Assembly (NCBI GenBank): GCA_035512435.1
Contig: DATKDX010000057.1
Span: 46,829-110,828 of the forward strand
Reading direction: 5' to 3'
Origin: Dehalococcoidia bacterium
Lineage (GTDB): Bacteria; Chloroflexota; Dehalococcoidia; SM23-28-2; RBG-16-64-32
Length of the DNA stretch: 64,000 nucleotides
Shown: positions 55,100-63,657 of the stretch, in pieces
How positions within the stretch are numbered: position 1 is the first letter of the stretch
How the letters are laid out: each line of letters opens with the position of its first letter
Position numbers and translations under genes: made by a program
The notes under the pieces: generated by a model
Database searches by the model: none
Seen by the model: the letters and a program-made list of their open reading frames with translations, nothing else
What the model was told of the DNA's origin: nothing

Positions 55100-55947
55100 C
55101 GACGCCAACCATCAGCCGGATCCTCGTCGCGCTCGATGGCTCCGAGCGGGGGGAGAGTGTCTTGCCGCTCGTCCGCAAGATCGCCGCCGCCACCGGCGCC
55201 ACCATCATTCTCGTCCGCGGCATACCCGAGCTCTCCACTCCCAACCCCGAGATTGTCTACCAGTACATCAAGGAACAGTCCCCAAAAATCCGCGCTTATC
55301 TGGGCAACATGCGCCGCCGGCTCAAAGCTGGTGGCCTCACGGCAACCACCCGTCAACTCCACGGCGCCATGGCCGAATCCATCGCCGCTCTCGCCCAGAA
55401 GGAGCGCGCGGACCTCATCGCCATCGCCACCCGCGGCAGGTCGGGCGTCAAACGTGCCATCCTCGGCAGCACCGCCACCCGTATCGTCCGCCTGGCCGCC
55501 TGTCCCGTCCTCGTCCTCAAGCACGACGAGCACGGCGCCACACAGGCGCCCACGTTCGAATGTGTCCTCGTGTCGCTCGACGGCACTCAGCTCGCCGAGT
55601 CTATCCTCCCCGCTACGCGCGCTCTGGCAGACCTCGACTCAGGCACCCTCGTCCTCTGTCACCACATCTCCGGTAACGACGACCTCGAAGAGGCTCAGAG
55701 GTACCTCCACCACACCGCCGAGACCCTCAGAAACCAGGGCGCTTCCGTCGAGAGCAAGCTCTACAGAGGCAGCCGCGCCGAGGCCGCTCTGGCAGTTGCT
55801 GAAGAAATTGACGCCGGACTTATCGCCGTCTCGACACGCGGCCGCTCCGCGCTCGGGCGCATACTCAAGGGCAGCGCGGCCGACGAGGTCCTCACACAGA
55901 CCAACCGCCCCTGCCTCACAATCAATTCCTCGGCAGAACCCGCCTGA
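55087..55947 (+). CDS. universal stress protein (tandem UspA domains)
   Basis: two USP repeats (ILVALDGSERG… and CVLVSLDGTQLAE…), ATP-binding G-x2-G-x9-GS-like motifs. Confidence 0.8.
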   Translation: MATLTTPTISRILVALDGSERGESVLPLVRKIAAATGATIILVRGIPELSTPNPEIVYQYIKEQSPKIRAYLGNMRRRLKAGGLTATTRQLHGAMAESIAALAQKERADLIAIATRGRSGVKRAILGSTATRIVRLAACPVLVLKHDEHGATQAPTFECVLVSLDGTQLAESILPATRALADLDSGTLVLCHHISGNDDLEEAQRYLHHTAETLRNQGASVESKLYRGSRAEAALAVAEEIDAGLIAVSTRGRSALGRILKGSAADEVLTQTNRPCLTINSSAEPA

Positions 55948-55994
55948 CATATCACACCGCGCCGCCGCCGGCCTGACAGGCTAGAATAAGCCGC

Positions 55995-56573
55995 ATGTCA
56001 GGCTCAGACCCATTCGTACAGTCACTCCGCAACCGCATCCGCGCCATGAACATCATCTGGGAGCGAGCCGTCAGCGACATGACGCTAGACCAGATGAACC
56101 ACCACGAGCGCGAGGGCGTCCTGCCCATCGCCTTCAGCTTCACCCACTACATCCAGGCCCAGGACCAGTCAGCCAGCCTCTTCTTCCGTAAAGAGCCGCC
56201 GCTCTGGGTGCGCGGCGGCTGGGCGGAAAAGACCGGCGTATCCATCAACGCCCTCGGGCGCGAGGAGACCGTCAACGAGATGCAGAACCAGCGCATCGGC
56301 GACCTCGACGCCTGGAAAGCCTACCAGGCCGCAGTCATCGCCCAGACGGATGAAGTGCTCGACAGCCTGACCGCAGACCTCCTCCTGGAAGTCATCTTCC
56401 CTCAGCTGCCACCGAACATGCAGAACATCTTCTGTGCCATCGTCATTGGGCCCGGCAGCCCGCTGCGCAAGCTGGACGTCCTCGAGTGCTTCGTCTACCA
56501 GCACGGCCTCCGCCACATGGGCGAAGTCGAACACGGCCGCGCCCTCGTCGGGCTCGGCGGCATGACGAGCTGA
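55995..56573 (+). CDS. DinB/DUF664-like superfamily protein
   Basis: weak pattern similarity to DinB_2 family; 192 aa. Confidence 0.45.
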   Translation: MSGSDPFVQSLRNRIRAMNIIWERAVSDMTLDQMNHHEREGVLPIAFSFTHYIQAQDQSASLFFRKEPPLWVRGGWAEKTGVSINALGREETVNEMQNQRIGDLDAWKAYQAAVIAQTDEVLDSLTADLLLEVIFPQLPPNMQNIFCAIVIGPGSPLRKLDVLECFVYQHGLRHMGEVEHGRALVGLGGMTS

Positions 56574-56583
56574 GTACGAGCTG

Positions 56584-57888
56584 ATGGAACCACGCATCCA
56601 GTACGCCAGGACGAGCGATGGGGTGAACATCGCGTATTCGACGGTGGGCGAGGGCCGTCCGTTTATCGCGATAGCGCCTCCTGGTTTCAATCATGCCGAA
56701 CTGAACTGGCAGATGTTTGGCGCGCTGAATGAAGCCCTTGCCGCCATGTTTCACGTCGTTAACTACGATTCGCGCGGAAATGGTCTGTCCGACCGGAGCG
56801 CGGTCGACTTCTCGATGGACGCGATGATCCGCGATCTTGAAGCGGTGGTCGAACGAAGCGGTTTCGAAACGTTCGTGCTGGTTTCCTGGGCCACCGCAGT
56901 GCCGATCGGCGTGACCTACGCAGTTACTCACCCGGAGCGGGTATCTCACCTGATCCTGATCGACGGTTACGCCAGCGTCTCGGACTTTGCGGAGTCAACC
57001 GTTTACAAGACGGGGGTGGCGCTGCTAGACGCGGACTGGGTGCTCTTCACGGAGACCTTCGCGCAGGTGCTGTGGGCATGGCCGGACCCGGAGTTTGCGA
57101 GGCGTTACGCTGAGTTCATACGCGCGTGCTGTGAACCGGAGGCGATGCGAACCCTCTGGAAGGCATGGGAAAGCCTCGACGTCTCCGCGCTCCTGCCCAG
57201 CGTAACCACGCCCACACTCATCGTTCACAATAAGAACAACCGCTGGTTTCCTGTAGACGTTGGCCAGCGCCTCGCTGCTGCCGTTCCGAATGCACGCTTG
57301 ACCCTTATAGACGACATGTCATGGGCTCCCGTGCCGAACCTCATCGATGCGTTCGTAGGCGAGGGCCAGCCGCGGGAGCCGTCGCTTCCCTCCGGCATGA
57401 CCGCTATCCTCTTCGCCGACATCGTCGACTCCACCGCGCTCACCGAGCGCCTCGGTGATACCGCCTTCCGCGCGAAGGCGAGGGAGCTGGACGGGGCGCT
57501 GCAAGCGGTGATCCGTGAGGGAGGCGGCACGCCTGTGGAAGGCAAGCTGCTGGGCGATGGGGTGCTGGCGGTATTTACGAGCGCGCGGCAGGCGATCGCA
57601 GCGGCGCTCAAGTGCGGCGTGGCGGGCGAGGAGGGCGGCCTGCCGCTGCATCTGGGCATACATGCTGGCGACGTGATTGAAGAGGATGGCAACGTGTTTG
57701 GCGGAGCGGTGAACATTGCGGCGCGGATTGCGGATGAGTCGGCACCGGGGGAGGTGCTCGTGTCGCGCACCGTCACAGACCTGGCGCGGACGTCCGCCGG
57801 CGTTGCATTCGAAGACCGTGGCGAGCACGAACTGAAGGGCGTCGCCGGGCCACAGTGCGTGTTCGCGGTGCGGAAGGACGGCGAGTGA
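56584..57888 (+). CDS. alpha/beta-hydrolase + class III nucleotidyl cyclase fusion (LipJ-like), paralog 3
   Basis: MEPRIQYARTSDGVNIAY…; cyclase motifs ILFADIVDSTALTERLGD, GKLLGDGVLAVF, VNIAARIADES. Confidence 0.8.
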   Translation: MEPRIQYARTSDGVNIAYSTVGEGRPFIAIAPPGFNHAELNWQMFGALNEALAAMFHVVNYDSRGNGLSDRSAVDFSMDAMIRDLEAVVERSGFETFVLVSWATAVPIGVTYAVTHPERVSHLILIDGYASVSDFAESTVYKTGVALLDADWVLFTETFAQVLWAWPDPEFARRYAEFIRACCEPEAMRTLWKAWESLDVSALLPSVTTPTLIVHNKNNRWFPVDVGQRLAAAVPNARLTLIDDMSWAPVPNLIDAFVGEGQPREPSLPSGMTAILFADIVDSTALTERLGDTAFRAKARELDGALQAVIREGGGTPVEGKLLGDGVLAVFTSARQAIAAALKCGVAGEEGGLPLHLGIHAGDVIEEDGNVFGGAVNIAARIADESAPGEVLVSRTVTDLARTSAGVAFEDRGEHELKGVAGPQCVFAVRKDGE

Positions 57889-59252
57889 TGGAGCCGCGCA
57901 TTCAATACACCAAAACGACTGATGGAGTAAATATAGCCTACTACACGATTGGTGACGGGCCTCCGTTGGTCGTCATGTCACCTCGGATAGCGACGAATAT
58001 TGAGGACGAATGGACCATCCCGCCGCTTCAAAGCTTGTTCAGAGCGACTGCGATGACGTTCACAGTTGTGCGGTATGACATGCGAGGATGCGGCTTATCC
58101 GACCGAAACATAACTGACTTCTCACCGGCTGCAATGATGAGGGATCTGGAGGCGCTGGCAGATGTCGCGGCACCCGGGTCCTTTGCGCTCCTGGCCTCCG
58201 GTACAAGTATACCTACCGCGCTCACCTACGCCGCTTCTCACCCAGACCGTGTGTCGGATCTAATGCTATGGGCCGTACTCCTGGGCGCGAAGCCTGAGCC
58301 GCTTGATCGCCTATTCCGACTGGCGCGGACAGATTGGACTCTCGCCAGCGAGTCCTTCCAGTCCGCGATCGACAGCTGGTCTAACAACGACGACGCTCGC
58401 CGGTACGCGGCAATGATGCGTCGCTCCGTTACCCCCGACCTGTTCATCCGCCACGAAACGGCGAGTAACTCGTGGGACATGACTGAGATCGCACCCCAGG
58501 TGAGGGCGCGAACGCTTGTGATGCATCCTCGCGATCATCCCTACTACCCAACGGAGGGTGCGCGGAAGCTAGCCGCTGCGATTCCTGGCGCACGCCTGGT
58601 CCTCTCCGAGGGAAACACCGTGCTGGTGCCTGGCCCGCAGGCGATCGCGGCGATGGCTGAGTTCCTCTCCCATCTCTCAGGTGTCACCGTGACCTACGCT
58701 GCCAGCCACGGCCCCGAGGCCCGCCGAGATGGTTTCACAGGCCGAGCTGACAGATCCGGCACCGCCGTCATCCTCTTCGCCGACATCGTCGACTCCACCG
58801 CCCTCACCGAACGCCTCGGCGACACCGCCTTCCGCGAGAAGGCCCGCGACCTGGACGTCACGCTGCGCAACATCATCCGCGAAGCGGGTGGCACCCCCGT
58901 CGAAGGCAAACTCCTCGGCGACGGCGTCCTCGCCGTCTTCAGCAGCGCCCGCCAGGCCATCGAGGCCGCACTCAAGTGCGGGGCTGCTGGCGAACAAGGA
59001 GGCCTACCCCTTCACCTGGGCATCCACGCTGGCGACGTGATTGAAGAGGACGGCAACGTGTTCGGCGGCGCCGTCAACACAGCGTCCCGCATCAGCGGGC
59101 TGTCGGCGCCAGGCGAGGTGCTGGTTTCGGATACGGTGCGATCGCTGGCGCGAACGAGCGCGGGGGTGACGTTCGAAGACCGTGGCGAGCAGGAGTTGAA
59201 GGGCGTGGGGGAGCCGGTACGGGTCTTTGCGGTTCGCGAGGCAACTGCCTGA
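57888..59252 (+). CDS. alpha/beta-hydrolase + class III nucleotidyl cyclase fusion (LipJ-like), paralog 4
   Basis: ATG overlaps preceding TGA (TGATG); MEPRIQYTKTTDGVNIAY…; same cyclase motifs. Confidence 0.8.
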   Translation: MEPRIQYTKTTDGVNIAYYTIGDGPPLVVMSPRIATNIEDEWTIPPLQSLFRATAMTFTVVRYDMRGCGLSDRNITDFSPAAMMRDLEALADVAAPGSFALLASGTSIPTALTYAASHPDRVSDLMLWAVLLGAKPEPLDRLFRLARTDWTLASESFQSAIDSWSNNDDARRYAAMMRRSVTPDLFIRHETASNSWDMTEIAPQVRARTLVMHPRDHPYYPTEGARKLAAAIPGARLVLSEGNTVLVPGPQAIAAMAEFLSHLSGVTVTYAASHGPEARRDGFTGRADRSGTAVILFADIVDSTALTERLGDTAFREKARDLDVTLRNIIREAGGTPVEGKLLGDGVLAVFSSARQAIEAALKCGAAGEQGGLPLHLGIHAGDVIEEDGNVFGGAVNTASRISGLSAPGEVLVSDTVRSLARTSAGVTFEDRGEQELKGVGEPVRVFAVREATA

Positions 59253-60568
59253 TGGAGCCGCGCATCCAGTACGCAAAGACGAGCGATGGGGTGAACATCG
59301 CCTTCACGGTCGTAGGAAGCGGCCCGCCCGTGCTCGTCTCCGGCGACCTCGCGGACGCTCACGTCCAGCTCATGTGGCAGCACTCACCCTATGCCCCCTT
59401 CTACGAACGCCTGACGGAGCGGTATACGGTGATCAAGTTCGACAGTCGCGGCTACGGATTATCCGACAGAGATGTGGAGGATTTTTCGCTCGATTCGCTA
59501 CTTCTGGACGTGAACGCAGTCGCCGATCAGCTTGACTTGAGTAGTTTCGGTGTACTGGGTCTCTTCGGCGGGGGTCCGCTTGCAATCGCTTTTGCGGCGC
59601 GCCGTCCCGATCAGGTCACCAGGCTGTGTCTGGTCGGCACTTCTGTGCGAACACGTGAGACCCTCGCGCGCCACCGAGCCTTTCGCATCCCCTCTCTAAT
59701 GAGGGAAGACTGGGATCTGTTCTTGCAAAACCTTGCCGCCGTCAACTACGGGTTCGGCAAGGAGGAGTCCGCGCGGACCGCGGAGTTCCTCGCCGCGGCT
59801 CTGGATCAGAACACGCTGCTCCAGTCCGCGAGCTTCGTGAATGCGTGGGATGTCACGGACTCGCTGCCTCTCGTACGCTGCCCGACGCTGATCGTTCACT
59901 ACAGCGGGATCCACTACCTGACGATGGATATGGCACGCGAGCTGGCCGCCGGGATCCCGGATTCACATTTGCTGGTGCTGGATTATGCTTCGGCTCTTCG
60001 TGACGATCAGGTCGTCGCGGCCGTAGTCGACTTCTTTGCGGACGAGGAGGCGCGGGCGGACCCGACCCTCCCCTCCGGCATGACCGCCATCTTCGTCGCC
60101 GACATCGTCGAGTCTACGGCCCTCACCGAGCGCTTAGGCGATACGGCCTTCCGCGAACGAGCGCGAGCGCTTGACGGCTCGCTGCGCACCATCATCCGCG
60201 AGGCTGGCGGTACACCCGTCGAGGGCAAGCTCCTCGGCGACGGCGTCCTCGCTACGTTCGCCTCCGCCCGCCAGGCGATCGAGGCGGCGCTGCGCTGCGG
60301 GTCTGCGGGAGACGAATGCGGCCTCCCCCTCCACCTCGGCCTACACGCCGGCGACGTCATCCGAGAAGACGACAACGTGTACGGTGGCGCGGTGAACATT
60401 GCCGCACGCGTGTCGGCACTGGCCGCACCTGGCGAAGTACTCGTCTCCCAGACCGTGCGTGATCTGGCCCGCACATCCGCCGCCGTAACCTTCGAAGACG
60501 CCGGAGAACGCTCGCTCAAGGGTGTCAGCGAACCCCTGCGCCTGTGGCGCGTCGCCCCTACCATATAA
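59252..60568 (+). CDS. alpha/beta-hydrolase + class III nucleotidyl cyclase fusion (LipJ-like), paralog 5
   Basis: ATG overlaps preceding TGA (TGATG); MEPRIQYAKTSDGVNIAF…; same cyclase motifs. Confidence 0.8.
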   Translation: MEPRIQYAKTSDGVNIAFTVVGSGPPVLVSGDLADAHVQLMWQHSPYAPFYERLTERYTVIKFDSRGYGLSDRDVEDFSLDSLLLDVNAVADQLDLSSFGVLGLFGGGPLAIAFAARRPDQVTRLCLVGTSVRTRETLARHRAFRIPSLMREDWDLFLQNLAAVNYGFGKEESARTAEFLAAALDQNTLLQSASFVNAWDVTDSLPLVRCPTLIVHYSGIHYLTMDMARELAAGIPDSHLLVLDYASALRDDQVVAAVVDFFADEEARADPTLPSGMTAIFVADIVESTALTERLGDTAFRERARALDGSLRTIIREAGGTPVEGKLLGDGVLATFASARQAIEAALRCGSAGDECGLPLHLGLHAGDVIREDDNVYGGAVNIAARVSALAAPGEVLVSQTVRDLARTSAAVTFEDAGERSLKGVSEPLRLWRVAPTI

Positions 60569-60806
60569 TCTCTACCCCGTCGCGGTGGCGTCCGCCATTC
60601 CCCCTGCTTCCCGATCCCTGAACCTGAACCTGCTTTAACCGTTCTCTTACCGAACTCACCCCGCCTGTTTACCCCACCATGATGACCAATGCCGGAAAAT
60701 ACATTCTGGTGTTAAGTTGCGTTGACTCCGCTCCTGGATGTGGTTGCGAGTGATCGGATTGATGGCCGGAGCGAGTTGAAATAGCGCAACTTGGTGGTTG
60801 GGGGGC

Positions 60807-60842
60807 GACGGGCCGTCTCTTGGGGACGGCCCGTCTCCTTTT
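60807..60842 (+). terminator. intrinsic terminator: perfect 11-bp stem gacgggccgtc / gacggcccgtc, 7-nt loop, followed by tcctttt
   Basis: seen directly in sequence ~240 nt downstream of cyclase operon. Confidence 0.55.
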
Positions 60843-60851
60843 GCGCGGGAG

Positions 60852-61787
60852 CTACTCCCTTGGCGCCCACTCTTCGCCGTCGCGCGTCGCCCGCCCCTCT
60901 GACTCCAGCTTGGCCAGGTGCGCCTCGATCTGACGTAGCGCCGCCGTGTGCATCCGCTTGTCCAGCTCCGAATAGATCGCGTTGAGCATCGCCTTCGTCG
61001 TGCGCTTGCCTTTGCGCATCAGACCCAGGATCTGCTCCTCGCGGGCGTGGCGGTGGTCGATGAGTTCCTGCAGCTTCGCTGGCACGTCGTGGACGGCCTG
61101 ACCGTGGCCCGGGCACATGACCGCGCTGTCCAGTGTCTGCAGCCGCGCCAGCGACTCCAGGTACAGCGCCATGTCCCCGTGCGGTGGCGGCGAGATGGCC
61201 ACCGTCCCTAGGCCCAGCGCCGTGTCGCCGGTGAAGAGCGCCTTCTCCTGCGGAATGTAGATGCAGACCGACCCGAGCGTGTGTCCCGGCGTGTGAACGA
61301 CTCGCAGCGTCAGGTCACCAACGGCGAACTCGTCGCCGTCGTTCATCATGATCGTGGGGTTGGCTTCGGCGGCCTGCTTGCGGAACGTCTCCACCTTCTC
61401 GCGCAGTTCCTTCGCCTCCTCCGGTATCTCGATGTCCTGCGGCGCGTCGCTGTCCCACTCGAGCAGGAACTTCTCCTCTTGCGGATGCAGCGCCACCACC
61501 CCGCCCGTCGCGTCGTGGATCTGCTTCGCTCCGGCCGAATGGTCGAAGTGGTGGTGCGTCAGCACGATGTACTTCACCCGCACGTCCTTGTACTCCGCCA
61601 GGAAGTCCAGCCGTGCCTTGACGGATGGTTCGTCTCCGAATCCAGCGTCGATCAGAGCCCCTTCGTCCCCATCGCGCACCAGGAAGACGTTCGGAGACTG
61701 CGGGCCCGTGTAGAACGCCTGCTCAACCGGGATCGCATGGATGCGCGGCGTGATTTCCACGCTAGGCGTCCACGTCCGGCCGCACAA
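60852..61787 (-). CDS. MBL-fold metallo-hydrolase with C-terminal helical extension
   Basis: HHHFDHSAG metallo-beta-lactamase motif, downstream His/Asp ligands. Confidence 0.7.
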   Translation of the reverse strand: MCGRTWTPSVEITPRIHAIPVEQAFYTGPQSPNVFLVRDGDEGALIDAGFGDEPSVKARLDFLAEYKDVRVKYIVLTHHHFDHSAGAKQIHDATGGVVALHPQEEKFLLEWDSDAPQDIEIPEEAKELREKVETFRKQAAEANPTIMMNDGDEFAVGDLTLRVVHTPGHTLGSVCIYIPQEKALFTGDTALGLGTVAISPPPHGDMALYLESLARLQTLDSAVMCPGHGQAVHDVPAKLQELIDHRHAREEQILGLMRKGKRTTKAMLNAIYSELDKRMHTAALRQIEAHLAKLESEGRATRDGEEWAPRE

Positions 61788-62322
61788 CCGACATCAGCAG
61801 CATGTCGATCGGCTGCTTGTAGCGCTGGCGCTTGCCGCGCAGCAATCCCTCATGCTTAAACCCGGCCTTCTCGTAGGCGCGGATGCCGCGGTCATTGTCA
61901 GCGTCTGTTATCAGCTCGATGCGGTGCAGGTCCAGCGTCTCGAAGGCGAAGCGCAGGATCACCCGCAGCGCGTCCGTCCCGAAGCCGCGGCCCCAGTACG
62001 CCTTCTCGCCGATCGAGATACCCAGCTCCGCCCGCCGGTGAGCTTCGTCGATCGCCACCAGTCCCACCTGCCCGATCGGCACGCCCTCCGTCGTCTCGAT
62101 CACAAAGCTGAGACGCGTCGGGTCGCCGCGGGTCAGCTCCCAGCGCTGGCGCTCCCCGTCCAGTGTTTGCTCCGGCGCCTCCGACATGTGCAGCCAGTGG
62201 CGCACTTCCGGGTCGTTGTACCAGCGCACGAATTTCGGCAGGTCCGACTCTTTGCGCATGCGCAGCCGCACGACATCGCCCTCCAGCCGGATGTCGTCAG
62301 CGACCGTCATCGCACCTGCCAT
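61762..62322 (-). CDS. GNAT family N-acetyltransferase (RimJ/RimL-like)
   Basis: VRLRMRKESDLPKFVRWYNDPEV… and acetyl-CoA site EKAYWGRGFGTDALR. Confidence 0.75.
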   Translation of the reverse strand: MAGAMTVADDIRLEGDVVRLRMRKESDLPKFVRWYNDPEVRHWLHMSEAPEQTLDGERQRWELTRGDPTRLSFVIETTEGVPIGQVGLVAIDEAHRRAELGISIGEKAYWGRGFGTDALRVILRFAFETLDLHRIELITDADNDRGIRAYEKAGFKHEGLLRGKRQRYKQPIDMLLMSVVRPDVDA

Positions 62323-62891
62323 TCCTCACGCAGGATCGACAAGATCAACGAGTCGCTTGGAACGCCGTCTATCATGCGGTGCTTGCGCAGCACGCCCTCC
62401 TGAGTGAAGCCGCACTTTTCGTAGCTGCGGATGGCGCGCGTGTTGTCGTGGTCAGTCGTCAGTTCGACGCGGTTCAGTTCCAGCTCGCCGAACGCGTACT
62501 CCAACACCAGCTTGAGTGCCTCGGTGCCGTAGCCCTGTCCCCAGTACTCGCGGTCGAAGATCGCGATACCCACCTCGCCGCGCAGGTTATTCACGCTCAT
62601 CCGCAGCTCCACGTTGCCCAGCAGCGTCCCCTCCGTCGTCTCGATTGCCCAGAGCACGCTATCGGGGTCCTGGCGACGGCTCACGTACCAGTCGAACTCC
62701 TCCTCTATGGTCGGCTGTTCGGTCACGGAGCCGATCCAACGGCGAAGCTCATCGTCGGCCAGCCAGCCCTGGTAGTGGGGCAGGTCGCTTTCCCGGACGG
62801 GCCTTAGGCGCACCGTTTTGCTGCTGAGGAAGGACTCCGAGATCACAGTGGACGCTATGTTACCATCCGATTCCGGAGGAGGAAGCCACAT
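62307..62891 (-). CDS. GNAT family N-acetyltransferase (RimJ/RimL-like), tandem paralog
   Basis: TVRLRPVRESDLPHYQGWLADDEL… and DREYWGQGYGTEALK; true start may be downstream of the first Met. Confidence 0.7.
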   Translation of the reverse strand: MWLPPPESDGNIASTVISESFLSSKTVRLRPVRESDLPHYQGWLADDELRRWIGSVTEQPTIEEEFDWYVSRRQDPDSVLWAIETTEGTLLGNVELRMSVNNLRGEVGIAIFDREYWGQGYGTEALKLVLEYAFGELELNRVELTTDHDNTRAIRSYEKCGFTQEGVLRKHRMIDGVPSDSLILSILREEWQVR

Positions 62892-63531
62892 GGACGTTTA
62901 CGCGGACGGCAACCTGACCGTCATGAAGTTCGGCCCGCTCGGACAGTGGGCCAACAACGCCTACATCATCACCGACGAGGGCTCGAAAGAGGCGCTGATC
63001 GTCGACATGCCGGCCGGCAGCGAGGAAGTCATCGCCGCTGCGCGCGACGTGCGCGTCAAGGCCATCCTCCTCACCCACACCCACCCCGACCACTGGGCCG
63101 ACTACGACCTCGTCAAGAACACCTTCGAGGCGCCCGTCCTCGCCCACCCCACCGAGACCATCCTGCCCAAAGACCGCATGGATGGACACCTGGAGCACGA
63201 CCAGACAATCAGCGTTGGCCCGTTCTACCTCAAGGCCCTGCACACCCCCGGCCATACCCCCGGCAGCACCAGCTTCCTCGTCCAGCGGTTCCTCTTCAGC
63301 GGCGACACCCTCTTCCCCGGCGGCCCCGGCCGCACCCAGTCCCCCGAAGACCTCAAGCAGTCCATCGACTCCATTACCTCCGTTCTCTACCAGCTCCCCG
63401 ACGACACCGACGTCCTCACCGGCCACGGCGACAACACGACCATCGGCGAATCAAAGCGTGAGTACGCCGTCTTCGCTTCGAAGGAGCACCCGGCTAATCT
63501 CTGTGGCGACGTTACGTGGGAGGGATCCTGA
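62890..63531 (+). CDS. MBL-fold metallo-hydrolase (glyoxalase II-like)
   Basis: THTHPDHWAD motif; start at MDVYADGNLTV. Confidence 0.75.
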   Translation: MDVYADGNLTVMKFGPLGQWANNAYIITDEGSKEALIVDMPAGSEEVIAAARDVRVKAILLTHTHPDHWADYDLVKNTFEAPVLAHPTETILPKDRMDGHLEHDQTISVGPFYLKALHTPGHTPGSTSFLVQRFLFSGDTLFPGGPGRTQSPEDLKQSIDSITSVLYQLPDDTDVLTGHGDNTTIGESKREYAVFASKEHPANLCGDVTWEGS

Positions 63532-63657
63532 CGTTCGGGCCTCGCCGCAGCGAAGGCGAGGAGCCTGCACCACGCTCCGAATGAGTGACAACACCGCCGT
63601 GCTAAACTGAATTCGGCCCCACTCTCGGGGCCTTTAATCACTCTAGAAATTTAACAA

